Positions 9,842 to 18,197 of a stretch of 63,003 bases of DNA are shown here, in pieces; within the stretch, counting starts at the first letter, position 1; every line of letters starts with the position of its first letter. The position numbers and the translations under genes are program-made. The stretch is from Eubacteriales bacterium (GTDB lineage: Bacteria; Bacillota; Clostridia; Oscillospirales; CAG-272), in assembly GCA_045631745.1 (NCBI GenBank), contig JAZQVI010000040.1, positions 1-63,003 of the forward strand, read 5' to 3'. Below the pieces are notes generated by a model. It ran no database searches, was not told where the DNA came from, and saw nothing but the letters and a program-made list of their open reading frames with translations.

Positions 9842-12487
9842 TTATCCTTTCTCTACGTACAAATTTGTGATTGCAAGACTCAAACCACTGGTCTCAATGG
9901 TCAGCTTGACGCTATCGGGAGCCGCAGTCTTCTTTGGAATGGTATCGCCGCAAACAAGCGCGTAACCATTGATCTCAACGTGATTCATACCGGGCTTGAG
10001 CGTAATAGTCAATGCCTCATTCTGCTCATCAAGATGAATTCCCTCGTAAACCTTTTTATAATTACCCGAGCTCTTCTTGACCTTGACAGTGAATTCCACG
10101 GTCTTATCGGAATCGTTGTAAATGTCGAGCCAGAAAGACTGAGAAATGCTGTTGATCGAAAGTTTCTTCAGATCGAAGGTCAGATCCTGAGTTCCGTTCT
10201 TCAGAGTGACGCGGTAAGCATCCTTGCCGCAATCCGAATCGTTTGCAACGAACTTCGTGGTATTGCCACCTACGGAGAGATAGTCGCCGATCTTATCTGC
10301 CGTGATTTCCTGATAGGACGCGCCAAGCCAAAATTCGCCCGAAACGGTCTTGGTTCCGTTGGTGGCGGAAATGGTGGCGATGCTACCCTTGGTCAGGTCA
10401 ATTTTGGCAACAATCTTGCCCTCGGTACGAGTGAGTGCCGTACCGTTCAGCGAAACGGTTACACCCTCGGGAGCCTCCATGGTCAGCGTGATAATCGAGC
10501 TTCCCTTTTCGAAGTCAGAAACGCGAACGCCCATGCTCAAGAGATCAAGCGCTGCAGAAAGAGAGGAACGAAGGGTATCGAAGTTGTTTTCGAGATCCTC
10601 ACCGATCTGAACCAGTGTTCCGGAATAGTATCCGGTTGCGATGAACTCTACCAAAGAGATGAACTCCTCGTCGGTGTAGGTCACGTTGTTGTTCTTTGCA
10701 TACTCTTTATAGATCTCCTCCATCACGTAGAAGGCCTCATAGTCCTCCATACTGTCGCGGAGAGCCTCAAGACGAATGCTCACAAGAGGTCCCGCGATGC
10801 CGTAGTTTGCACCGGGATAGAAGATAAATCCGTCACCGTTACTTGCAGGATAGCGGTTTGCCGTCTGATAGCAATCCTGGAGCTCGCTCATGACACCGTC
10901 CCAACCGTTGTCCATATTGTAATAGAGGTTGGTATACCACATCTGATGTCCTGCAATGTTGTACTGCTGGAGAATCCAGCCCATTGCACGTGTGGTCAGG
11001 AGCGAGTCATCAATGTGGAGCGTGGGATTGGGAGAAGGCGGGTACACACCGGTGTACATCCAAACCTCAGCCGTGTCGGTTCCGTAGAACTCGTTGTAAC
11101 GGTCATTCTCCGCCTCAAGCAGCTCACGTCTCTCTTCCGTTTGGAAGTGCCAAAGCTGAATCCACTGCGTGTAGGGATACTCAAAGTTCATAAAATCCGA
11201 GTTGTTGGTGGAGTTTGTCTGAGCCATCGTAACAGCGTGCTGAATGACTCTCATATCCTCGAGAACTTCGCGGATAAAGTCTTCTTCAACCGCAGCGCCA
11301 AGCCACTTGTCTCCGCCGGAGGCCAATCTGCCTGTTTCCAGGTAGTCCATGTACTCATCGTAGAGAGCCTGCTGGATTTTCTTGAGCTCACTGGTCACGA
11401 ATTCCACTTCCTTGGGCTTTTCGCGGTAGTCTGCCTCGTCAAGGTTGGTGAGCCACATGCCCAGCTTCTCCATGAGGTTGATTCCCTCTTTGGCGGAGCG
11501 CTTCAGGATCATGAGCAGTGTGCTTTTGTACAGATCAAAATCAACCAAGGATCCGTTAGCGGCAGCAGTTTGGTCAGGCAGCTTGCCATCCTTCTTTTTG
11601 TAGGGAATATTGATCCAGGTCACACGCTCATCCTGCGTGTACTTTACAAGCGAGTCAATCCAGGTTTCAAGCTCGCTGACAGAGGGATTAAATCTGTGGC
11701 CGAGACCGGTGGGGAGAGACTGGGGCTGCAAACGATAGTTCAAAAGCGCCTCAGTGTAGAGTTCCTCCATTTCAAGTGTCCAAGCAAGCTCTCCTCTTGC
11801 AAGCGCATCGTCATAAACCGCAAAGCAGCTCTTCTGATGCGTTGCACTGGGGAGAACGTAATCCCAAACAGTAACCTCTACAGGGAACTCTCTGGTCTCG
11901 CCGTTGATAGTCAAAGCAAACTTACCAGTGTAAACACCTGCCGCCTGATCTGCGGAAATGTTTACATTGAACCAGATTCCCTGATTGAGTCCCTTGCGAA
12001 CCTGTGTCTCACCATATTCAATAGCAACATCAAGAGGCAGAAGCGCATCGGGATATGCTCCGGCCTTACAACCGGAAAGGATGTCCTTGATTTCAGAAAC
12101 AATGATGTATTTCTCATTGTACACGGTGAAGCAGTCCTTGGAGAGGGTGTTCGCACCGCTCTTCAGATCGCGCAGCTCCACATCATAGCTCAAGATATCC
12201 GTCGTTGCATTCAAAATCACCTGTGCGTTTTCGTACTCGTTGCGGAAGCCCTTGAAGCTAAGCTTCTGTGTTCCGGACGAATACTCCTGCTTCTGCAGCA
12301 CCTTCACAGTTGAAGGCGCAGTGCACATTGTCGCACTGACGAATTCAACAGGAGCCTCGATTTTGTCTCCTCCGCCGACATTGCCGGAGCCGTCGGTTGT
12401 CTCATCATTACAACCCGCCAAACAGCCAAACAACATCACAGCAAAGAGCATCAAACAAAGCAGTCTTGTCGTAAGTTTTGTTTTCAT
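9842..12487 (-). CDS. large lipoprotein, DUF4091/GH123-like putative glycoside hydrolase, cassette 1
   Basis: 881 aa. Signal peptide and lipobox (LFGCLAGC). YPDALLPLD.., VTVWDYVLP, NLDEADY (Asp-Glu pair) and WMYT.. motifs fit my memory of DUF4091 proteins. AGGAGG RBS. Confidence 0.8.
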   Translation of the reverse strand: MKTKLTTRLLCLMLFAVMLFGCLAGCNDETTDGSGNVGGGDKIEAPVEFVSATMCTAPSTVKVLQKQEYSSGTQKLSFKGFRNEYENAQVILNATTDILSYDVELRDLKSGANTLSKDCFTVYNEKYIIVSEIKDILSGCKAGAYPDALLPLDVAIEYGETQVRKGLNQGIWFNVNISADQAAGVYTGKFALTINGETREFPVEVTVWDYVLPSATHQKSCFAVYDDALARGELAWTLEMEELYTEALLNYRLQPQSLPTGLGHRFNPSVSELETWIDSLVKYTQDERVTWINIPYKKKDGKLPDQTAAANGSLVDFDLYKSTLLMILKRSAKEGINLMEKLGMWLTNLDEADYREKPKEVEFVTSELKKIQQALYDEYMDYLETGRLASGGDKWLGAAVEEDFIREVLEDMRVIQHAVTMAQTNSTNNSDFMNFEYPYTQWIQLWHFQTEERRELLEAENDRYNEFYGTDTAEVWMYTGVYPPSPNPTLHIDDSLLTTRAMGWILQQYNIAGHQMWYTNLYYNMDNGWDGVMSELQDCYQTANRYPASNGDGFIFYPGANYGIAGPLVSIRLEALRDSMEDYEAFYVMEEIYKEYAKNNNVTYTDEEFISLVEFIATGYYSGTLVQIGEDLENNFDTLRSSLSAALDLLSMGVRVSDFEKGSSIITLTMEAPEGVTVSLNGTALTRTEGKIVAKIDLTKGSIATISATNGTKTVSGEFWLGASYQEITADKIGDYLSVGGNTTKFVANDSDCGKDAYRVTLKNGTQDLTFDLKKLSINSISQSFWLDIYNDSDKTVEFTVKVKKSSGNYKKVYEGIHLDEQNEALTITLKPGMNHVEINGYALVCGDTIPKKTAAPDSVKLTIETSGLSLAITNLYVEKG

Positions 12488-12519
12488 TTTTTCCTCCTAA
12501 GACAATTTATTTGCATTTA

Positions 12520-12548
12520 ATTATAACATGAATGGAACAAAAAGTCAA
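12520..12548 (-). promoter_or_regulatory. sigma-A type promoter of cassette 1
   Basis: Minus strand TTGACT (12543-12548), 17-nt spacer, TATAAT (12520-12525). Confidence 0.6.
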
Positions 12549-12721
12549 TTCCATCTTTCTTGGCTTGTCTTTTTTTGGTGTTGTACACAAAAAAGCAGTG
12601 CAAGACTTGTGCAACATCACACCGAGAATTAACACGCCGTTCATATGAATACGGAAAATATTTTTTTCTTGATTTTTCTGGCGATTTATGCTACAATATG
12701 TTAGAAGTGCGAGGTGATGGA

Positions 12722-13423
12722 ATGCGAACATTTACAGACTGGAATTGCGACCTTCTCCCCATGATGGGAGGGCTGGTGACAACACCTTGTGAAGCGGCAA
12801 AGACACTCTTGCTTCTTAAAGAAAAATTCGGACTGTCACGCTTTTGCATGACGCCCGAATTTGACTGTGAAAAGGATTCCGTTGCATCGTTTATCGCCAA
12901 GAGAGAGCGAGCCTGCTCCGATCTTGCCTCTCATCTGCCGTCCAATATCAAGCTTCTGCAGGGAGCCTCTGTTTTACTTTTGCCCGGGCTTTCGGAGGAG
13001 CGCGGACTCAAGGCGCTTTGCCTTCCGACGACAGACGAGCTTCCCATCAAGCTTCCCTTCTTTTCCATGTCGAACCGGTCGTCGGTTGAGTTAAACCGGT
13101 TGCTTTATCATTCCTCTCGACGCATTTGTCTTTTATCCTTTGATTCTTACTTAAATTGCTATTCAAAGGATGACATCGAGCGTTGGAGCAAGCTGGAGAA
13201 CGTTTCCTTCCAGTTCAATTACCGTTCCTTGGCATCTCCCGAGGTGCGACTTCTTCTAAAGCATTTAATCGATCGAAATGCCACCATTCGCTTCGGAACA
13301 GAGTTGAATTCCTTCGGAAAAGCCTGCTATTATGAGTTTGATCACTACATTGACGTGGCGAAATCCTACTTTTCCGAGTACGAAAGAGACCGACTGTTTT
13401 TCTCGAAGAAACACGTAAAATAG
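12722..13423 (+). CDS. hypothetical protein, possibly a degenerate CpsB/YwqE-like PHP-fold protein lacking the metal ligands
   Basis: 233 aa from MRTFTDWNCDLLP with a GAGGTGA RBS. The block order resembles the PHP tyrosine phosphatase CpsB, but the His/Asp positions are substituted. Confidence 0.6.
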   Translation: MRTFTDWNCDLLPMMGGLVTTPCEAAKTLLLLKEKFGLSRFCMTPEFDCEKDSVASFIAKRERACSDLASHLPSNIKLLQGASVLLLPGLSEERGLKALCLPTTDELPIKLPFFSMSNRSSVELNRLLYHSSRRICLLSFDSYLNCYSKDDIERWSKLENVSFQFNYRSLASPEVRLLLKHLIDRNATIRFGTELNSFGKACYYEFDHYIDVAKSYFSEYERDRLFFSKKHVK

Positions 13424-13437
13424 CGTTTTTTACAAGG

Positions 13438-13710
13438 TTATTCCTCCGAGGTGTGCTTTTCGCAATATTTGAGCTTTGTCGCTTGACCCCCGCGGATATG
13501 TCTCTCCTCTTTGTTTTTCATCAATACCTTTTGTACCTCTTCAAACAATCCCTTGTTGACAAACCGAAGCGTCTGCGTGACGTCCTTATGTACCGTGCTC
13601 TTGCTGACACCAAACACCGCCGCCGCCGATCTGACCGTCGCTTGGTGGCTGATCAAATATTCCGCAAGAACCACGCATCTGGCTCTGCCGCCCCAATCGG
13701 ATACCATCAT
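13438..13710 (-). CDS. spoIIID: sporulation transcriptional regulator SpoIIID
   Basis: 90 aa. ..ATVRSAAAVFGVSKSTVHKDVTQ.. and ..HIRGGQATKLKY match SpoIIID hallmark segments. Confidence 0.92.
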   Translation of the reverse strand: MMVSDWGGRARCVVLAEYLISHQATVRSAAAVFGVSKSTVHKDVTQTLRFVNKGLFEEVQKVLMKNKEERHIRGGQATKLKYCEKHTSEE

Positions 13711-13751
13711 AATTTGTTTCCCCTTTCTCGAAACGAAAATAATCCGATATC

Positions 13752-13780
13752 ATTCTATGTAACGCGTGAAAAAAATAGAA
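13752..13780 (-). promoter_or_regulatory. candidate sigma-E type promoter of spoIIID
   Basis: Minus strand TTCTATT, 14-nt spacer, CATAGAAT, compared with the remembered SigE consensus (TCATATT-14-CATACAAT). It lies 42 nt upstream of the ATG. Confidence 0.4.
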
Positions 13781-13804
13781 TCCACCAAAGGAATTTTGTA
13801 TTTT

Positions 13805-14578
13805 ATGAAGAAAGAAGACTTTGCATTTTTACAATCCAATCTACTGGAAGGCATGACCTCTATTTCGGCGCTGCTGAACACACCGCCCGAGATCAATGAC
13901 CGAAAGATCCTCAAGATTCAGATCGATCAATCCAAACGGCGTTCAAAGGCTGCAGAAATCGGTTTTTTGGTTGCAAAATCAAAGGAATTGGGATTCCCTC
14001 TTGAGTTTGTTGCAAGCGAAGAAATCGATCAGATTGCCGTCGGCTCCTCGCATGGAGGAATTGTGGCATTTTGCAGTGACAGAAGCTATCCGGTTTTGCG
14101 CGCGGAAATGATCAATCCAAAGGGCTTTTATGTTTATCTGGAAGGAATCGAGGATCCGTACAATTTTGGAAATGCGATCCGATCGCTGTATGCTGCCGGG
14201 GTGAGCGGAATTGTCATTCCTCCTCGAAACTGGATGAGTGCCTCGGCCGTCGTTGCCAAGTCTTCTGCAGGCGCCTCCGAGCGACTTCCGATTTATGTTT
14301 CGGACGCAGAGTCTGTTGCACCGATCTTTCATCAGGCAAACTACCGCGTCCTGTGTGCGGGGATCAGAGATTCGGTTTCTGTCTTCGAGGCCGAGATCGC
14401 TTATCCGATTCTTTTGGTAATCGGAGGCGAAAAACGCGGTATTTCCCGCACAATTTTAGAGCAAGCCGATCAGATTTTGCGCATTGATTACGGCAGAGAA
14501 TTTCGCGGTTCTCTTTCGGCATCCTCCTCTGCTGCGGTCTTAGCCTTTGAAATCATGAGAAAAAACTTAAACAAATAA
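13805..14578 (+). CDS. TrmH/SpoU-family RNA 2'-O-methyltransferase (RlmB-like)
   Basis: LEGIEDPYNFGNAIRSLYAAGVSGIVIP and LLVIGGEKRGISRTILEQAD motifs. The ATG at 13805 is preferred over the GTG at 13766, which lies inside the putative spoIIID promoter. Confidence 0.82.
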   Translation: MKKEDFAFLQSNLLEGMTSISALLNTPPEINDRKILKIQIDQSKRRSKAAEIGFLVAKSKELGFPLEFVASEEIDQIAVGSSHGGIVAFCSDRSYPVLRAEMINPKGFYVYLEGIEDPYNFGNAIRSLYAAGVSGIVIPPRNWMSASAVVAKSSAGASERLPIYVSDAESVAPIFHQANYRVLCAGIRDSVSVFEAEIAYPILLVIGGEKRGISRTILEQADQILRIDYGREFRGSLSASSSAAVLAFEIMRKNLNK

Positions 14579-14621
14579 AAAAGAAAAACCGACGATTGCC
14601 ACAGCAATCGTCGGTTTTTTC

Positions 14622-15362
14622 TTATTGATTCGGTTGTCTGGCTTCCTCATCCTTCAAATGAATTTGGGAAATGATCAGAAACATAAGCAAATATCCGATC
14701 AGTCCGCTTGCCAGGTCTCCAAGGTAATACAGAATCATTCCAAGCAGATCGGCAGTTCCTCGCGGAGCTCCGTTGTCAATGTCAAAAATAATTCTTGATC
14801 CCAAACGGCTTACCATCAAAATCAAAGAAACAGACAGGGCGCATTTGAGCACCAAATTTGAAATGCCGAACATTCCCGAAAAATTGAAATTGATATTCTT
14901 TTCCGTTCTCTTTCGCTGAAAAAGCAAATAGCAAAGCAGAAAGGCGAGCCCCAAGAGCATAAGATCACCGAAAAAGTCAACCATCACATAGTAAAAGTGG
15001 TAGTTCATCGAACTCCAATCGGAATTGATCAAATTCACAAGCAAAAGGCTCAGAAAATACTTCAAAAAAGAGCAACCGATGTACACAAGAGTCAAGATAC
15101 CGGTCGCCCGGGCAGAATAACGCGCAAAAAGATACACCAAAAAGGAAAAAGCAACCCAGTAGTAAAGGTAATGCGCCGCATCCTGAACAAAGTCCCACAG
15201 AACAGGAAAAATCGTTTCGGAAATCAAAATATTTGAGGACGACAGCACGTAGATCGGTGTACAAACAAATACGAAAAAGCAAGAGATCACAAGCAGCAAT
15301 AAACTGCCGTATCGCTCGACTTTTTTCTTTCTTTCCATATCAAAGGTTGTAATTTGTATCAT
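14622..15362 (-). CDS. polytopic integral membrane protein, function unknown
   Basis: 246 aa with about 6 hydrophobic helices. No motif recognised. Confidence 0.7.
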   Translation of the reverse strand: MIQITTFDMERKKKVERYGSLLLLVISCFFVFVCTPIYVLSSSNILISETIFPVLWDFVQDAAHYLYYWVAFSFLVYLFARYSARATGILTLVYIGCSFLKYFLSLLLVNLINSDWSSMNYHFYYVMVDFFGDLMLLGLAFLLCYLLFQRKRTEKNINFNFSGMFGISNLVLKCALSVSLILMVSRLGSRIIFDIDNGAPRGTADLLGMILYYLGDLASGLIGYLLMFLIISQIHLKDEEARQPNQ

Positions 15363-15473
15363 AAATTCCCTCTCTGCTTTTCTTTTTTAATCGATTTTTA
15401 TCGTTATTTGTAAATCATTTTCTTACAGCGTCATATCCTTTTATAGAAAATGTGACACTGAAAGGATTGAAAT

Positions 15474-16403
15474 ATGCCGATACCAATGAATAAGCACTTC
15501 AAAATTGACGTTCCCATGGATTCTGCAGAGCTTCATCGGCAGATCGAAACACTTGCCGAAAAGCACCCCTCACTCAACGTCATGGAGGTTGGAAAGAGCA
15601 TCCTTGGAAAAAGCATCCCTCTTATCTCCATTGGATGCGGAAAACGAAAGGTTCTGTATGTTGGCGCGCATCACGGAATGGAGTGGATCACATCAGCGGT
15701 CTTGCTCCGATTTGTTTCCGAATTCTGCGAGTTGCTTGATCGGAATGAAAAAGCATATAAGTGCTCCCTCCGTCTACTCTCGGATCAGTACACCATTTAC
15801 GTCCTTCCCATGCTCAACCCCGACGGCGTCGATTATCAGATCCACGGGGTGAATACAAAAAATCCGCTGTATGACCGCGCACTGTCCATGAATCATGGCA
15901 GCAGCGATTTCTCACATTGGCAGGCAAACGCCAGAGGCGTAGACCTAAACCACAACTACAACGCAGGCTTCCAATCCTATAAGCGCATCGAAGCAGAGGA
16001 ACAGATTCCATGCGGTGCACCGACAAGATATAGCGGACAGGAGCCCGAGTCAGAACCGGAGGTGCGCGCGCTTTGCAATTTCATTCGCTTTCAAAAGGAT
16101 CTGCGCTTGGTACTCACGCTTCACACACAGGGTGAAGAGATCTTTTGTCGGTTAAATGAAGCAGTGATCACGCGCAATTTCCTTGCACTTTCCAAGATAT
16201 CTGCCTTGACAGGCTACAAAATATCAGAAGCAGAGGGACCTGCTGCGTACGGCGGCTTGACCGATTGGTGTATTCAAACGGAGGGAATTCCTGCACTGAC
16301 ATTGGAGTGCGGAAAGGGCGTCAATCCCCTGCCGATCTCCGATCTTCACGCAATTTATCGTCGACTTCGCGAGACCTTGTTCGTCGCGCCGACCTTGTTT
16401 TAA
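15474..16403 (+). CDS. M14-family zinc carboxypeptidase (gamma-D-glutamyl-diamino-acid peptidase-like)
   Basis: 309 aa. HHGMEW (HxxE zinc motif), NPDGVDY, GVDLNHNY. Confidence 0.85.
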   Translation: MPIPMNKHFKIDVPMDSAELHRQIETLAEKHPSLNVMEVGKSILGKSIPLISIGCGKRKVLYVGAHHGMEWITSAVLLRFVSEFCELLDRNEKAYKCSLRLLSDQYTIYVLPMLNPDGVDYQIHGVNTKNPLYDRALSMNHGSSDFSHWQANARGVDLNHNYNAGFQSYKRIEAEEQIPCGAPTRYSGQEPESEPEVRALCNFIRFQKDLRLVLTLHTQGEEIFCRLNEAVITRNFLALSKISALTGYKISEAEGPAAYGGLTDWCIQTEGIPALTLECGKGVNPLPISDLHAIYRRLRETLFVAPTLF

Positions 16404-17347
16404 TCAACTCTGTTGCGGCGTGTTCCCTTTTGGAAGGCGTCAATATTCTGCGAAATCTCATTCATCAACCGAACTCGTGTTTCATAACCTCCCCACGCCA
16501 TATGAGGTGTCAGGCACACGTTTGGCAGATGACTGATGCGATGATAGGCGTGATCGGCAGGATACGGCTCTTTGGAGTAAACATCGATTCCGATGCCGCC
16601 AAGTCTTCCTTCTTCGATCGCGTTTACCAGTGCAGTCTCGTCTGTCACCGCGCCACGCGCCACGTTGATCAAGATCGCAGAGGGCTTCATCATCCGAATG
16701 TGAGCATCATCAATTAAATTTCTGGTAGAATCATTGAGGGGCGTATGGATTGAAATGATATCCGCCTCCTTGCAGATTCGATCAAGGGATACACACTCCC
16801 ACTCTTCAACGGGAGTCCGTTTATTGACCAAAACACGGCATCCCAATGCCTTAGCAACAGCGCCTACCTGGCGACCAATGTTCCCAAACCCTACAATTCC
16901 CCATGTTTTACCGCAAATTTCGTGATATACGGGGGTCAGACAGTTTGCAATTCCGTTTTTTGTGTAGGAGCCGCTTCTCGTCATCTCGCAATATTCCGGT
17001 AGGTGTGTCATGAGAGATAACGCCATAGCGATTGTCACCTGTGCAACACTTTGCGTAGAGTATCCGACCACGTTGGAGACCGCGATCCCATGCTCACGGC
17101 AATAGCCTACGTCAACATTGTCAAAGCCTGTTGCAGCAAGGCAAATCAGCTTGAGCGACTTGGCCATCGCCAACTCAGGCGCCCCCAGCTTGACCTTGTT
17201 GAGGATCGCAACGTCTGCGTTCTTCAGATGCTCGGGAATTTCCATGGGAGCGGTTGACTGATAAAGAGTCAAATTCCCGTATTTTTCAAATAGGCTCAAA
17301 TCAAGATCACTTCCCAGCGTAGCAGCATCCAAAACAACGATGTTCAT
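16400..17347 (-). CDS. D-isomer-specific 2-hydroxyacid dehydrogenase (glycerate/hydroxypyruvate reductase-like)
   Basis: 315 aa. GIVGFGNIGRQVG Rossmann motif, ..INVARG..VDE.AL, HMAWG. Confidence 0.9.
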   Translation of the reverse strand: MNIVVLDAATLGSDLDLSLFEKYGNLTLYQSTAPMEIPEHLKNADVAILNKVKLGAPELAMAKSLKLICLAATGFDNVDVGYCREHGIAVSNVVGYSTQSVAQVTIAMALSLMTHLPEYCEMTRSGSYTKNGIANCLTPVYHEICGKTWGIVGFGNIGRQVGAVAKALGCRVLVNKRTPVEEWECVSLDRICKEADIISIHTPLNDSTRNLIDDAHIRMMKPSAILINVARGAVTDETALVNAIEEGRLGGIGIDVYSKEPYPADHAYHRISHLPNVCLTPHMAWGGYETRVRLMNEISQNIDAFQKGTRRNRVD

Positions 17348-17443
17348 GCGGAACTCCTTTTTACGAATTTAAGATATTATAACATATAACACCGATTCTT
17401 GCAAGACGTTTTGATGAAAAACGGGTAAGAAATCATTAAAATT

Positions 17444-17474
17444 CAAAAAAGGACTCCCGCACATAGCGGGAGTC
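17444..17474 (-). terminator. intrinsic terminator of lipoprotein cassette 2
   Basis: GGACTCCCGC-acata-GCGGGAGTCC with a T-run on the minus strand. The stem is identical to the one at 9068-9092. Confidence 0.85.
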
Positions 17475-17489
17475 CTTGAGGTTAAAGAA

Positions 17490-18191
17490 TTACATCGGAT
17501 TCGTCGAATGCAGACAGATATCGTCGATATAGAAGATTATATCCTTCGCAGTGGAAGCACGGGTGAAGGTAAAGGACATACGCTCTACCGTCTTACCTGC
17601 TGGGATTTCATTATAGTCTGCAAGATTGATCACAACCTCGGTCCACTCTTTGGAGGGAATCTCTGTGTCTACGCTGATATGCGTCTTAGAATCACCTGTT
17701 AATGTGATCGCAAAGGTCAACTCCTTAGCCGTTTTCTGTGCATTGTATACCCAGAAGGAGATTTTCTTTACAGTCTTGAAGTTGGAGTAGTCCTTGCGGT
17801 GCTCCAAATTCAAGGGCTGTCTGAGGTTTGCATAGTCATAACGGCCGTCTTCGTTCAAAAAACGAACCTTAAAGCTTTGATTGCCGGAATGAACGATCTT
17901 CTTCTCGACCTCGCCCGCGGTGTTCTTTTGTCCTGCAATCAAAGGACCGATATCTGCGGGTCTCTCAAAGTCGTTGATAATAATTTTGTACAAGCCGTCC
18001 TCACCCTTTTCAGGCGTCGGCACCTTCCAATTTGTGATGGTTCCTGTAACAAGCTCAAACTCTTCGGTGCCTTGATCTTCATTCAAATCTGTATCATCTG
18101 TATCATTGGGAGTTTCAGCATCGTCGCATCCTACGAAGAGCGGAAGGCAGCATACAAATGCCAACAAGAGAGCAAATAATCTTTTTTTCAT
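17490..18191 (-). CDS. small lipoprotein with CBM-like domain, cassette 2 (paralog of 9101-9835)
   Basis: 233 aa. Same lipobox LPLFVGC. The N-terminal ~80 aa are nearly identical to the paralog. Ends ..IFYIDDICLH. Confidence 0.8.
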   Translation of the reverse strand: MKKRLFALLLAFVCCLPLFVGCDDAETPNDTDDTDLNEDQGTEEFELVTGTITNWKVPTPEKGEDGLYKIIINDFERPADIGPLIAGQKNTAGEVEKKIVHSGNQSFKVRFLNEDGRYDYANLRQPLNLEHRKDYSNFKTVKKISFWVYNAQKTAKELTFAITLTGDSKTHISVDTEIPSKEWTEVVINLADYNEIPAGKTVERMSFTFTRASTAKDIIFYIDDICLHSTNPM

Positions 18192-18197
18192 GGCAGC

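Noticed and set aside
9980-12313. 777-aa ORF antisense to cassette-1 large lipoprotein (analogous ORFs at 18342-18992, 19371-20144, 20196-20852, 8894-9823 and 17799-18179)
   Set aside because: These are in-register shadow ORFs. Only the minus-strand products have lipoprotein signals, conserved paralogous alignment and RBSs.
13766-13804. GTG start for the TrmH-family methyltransferase (270-aa version)
   Set aside because: There is no RBS, and the extension overlaps the putative spoIIID promoter. The ATG at 13805 is preferred, though the true start is uncertain.
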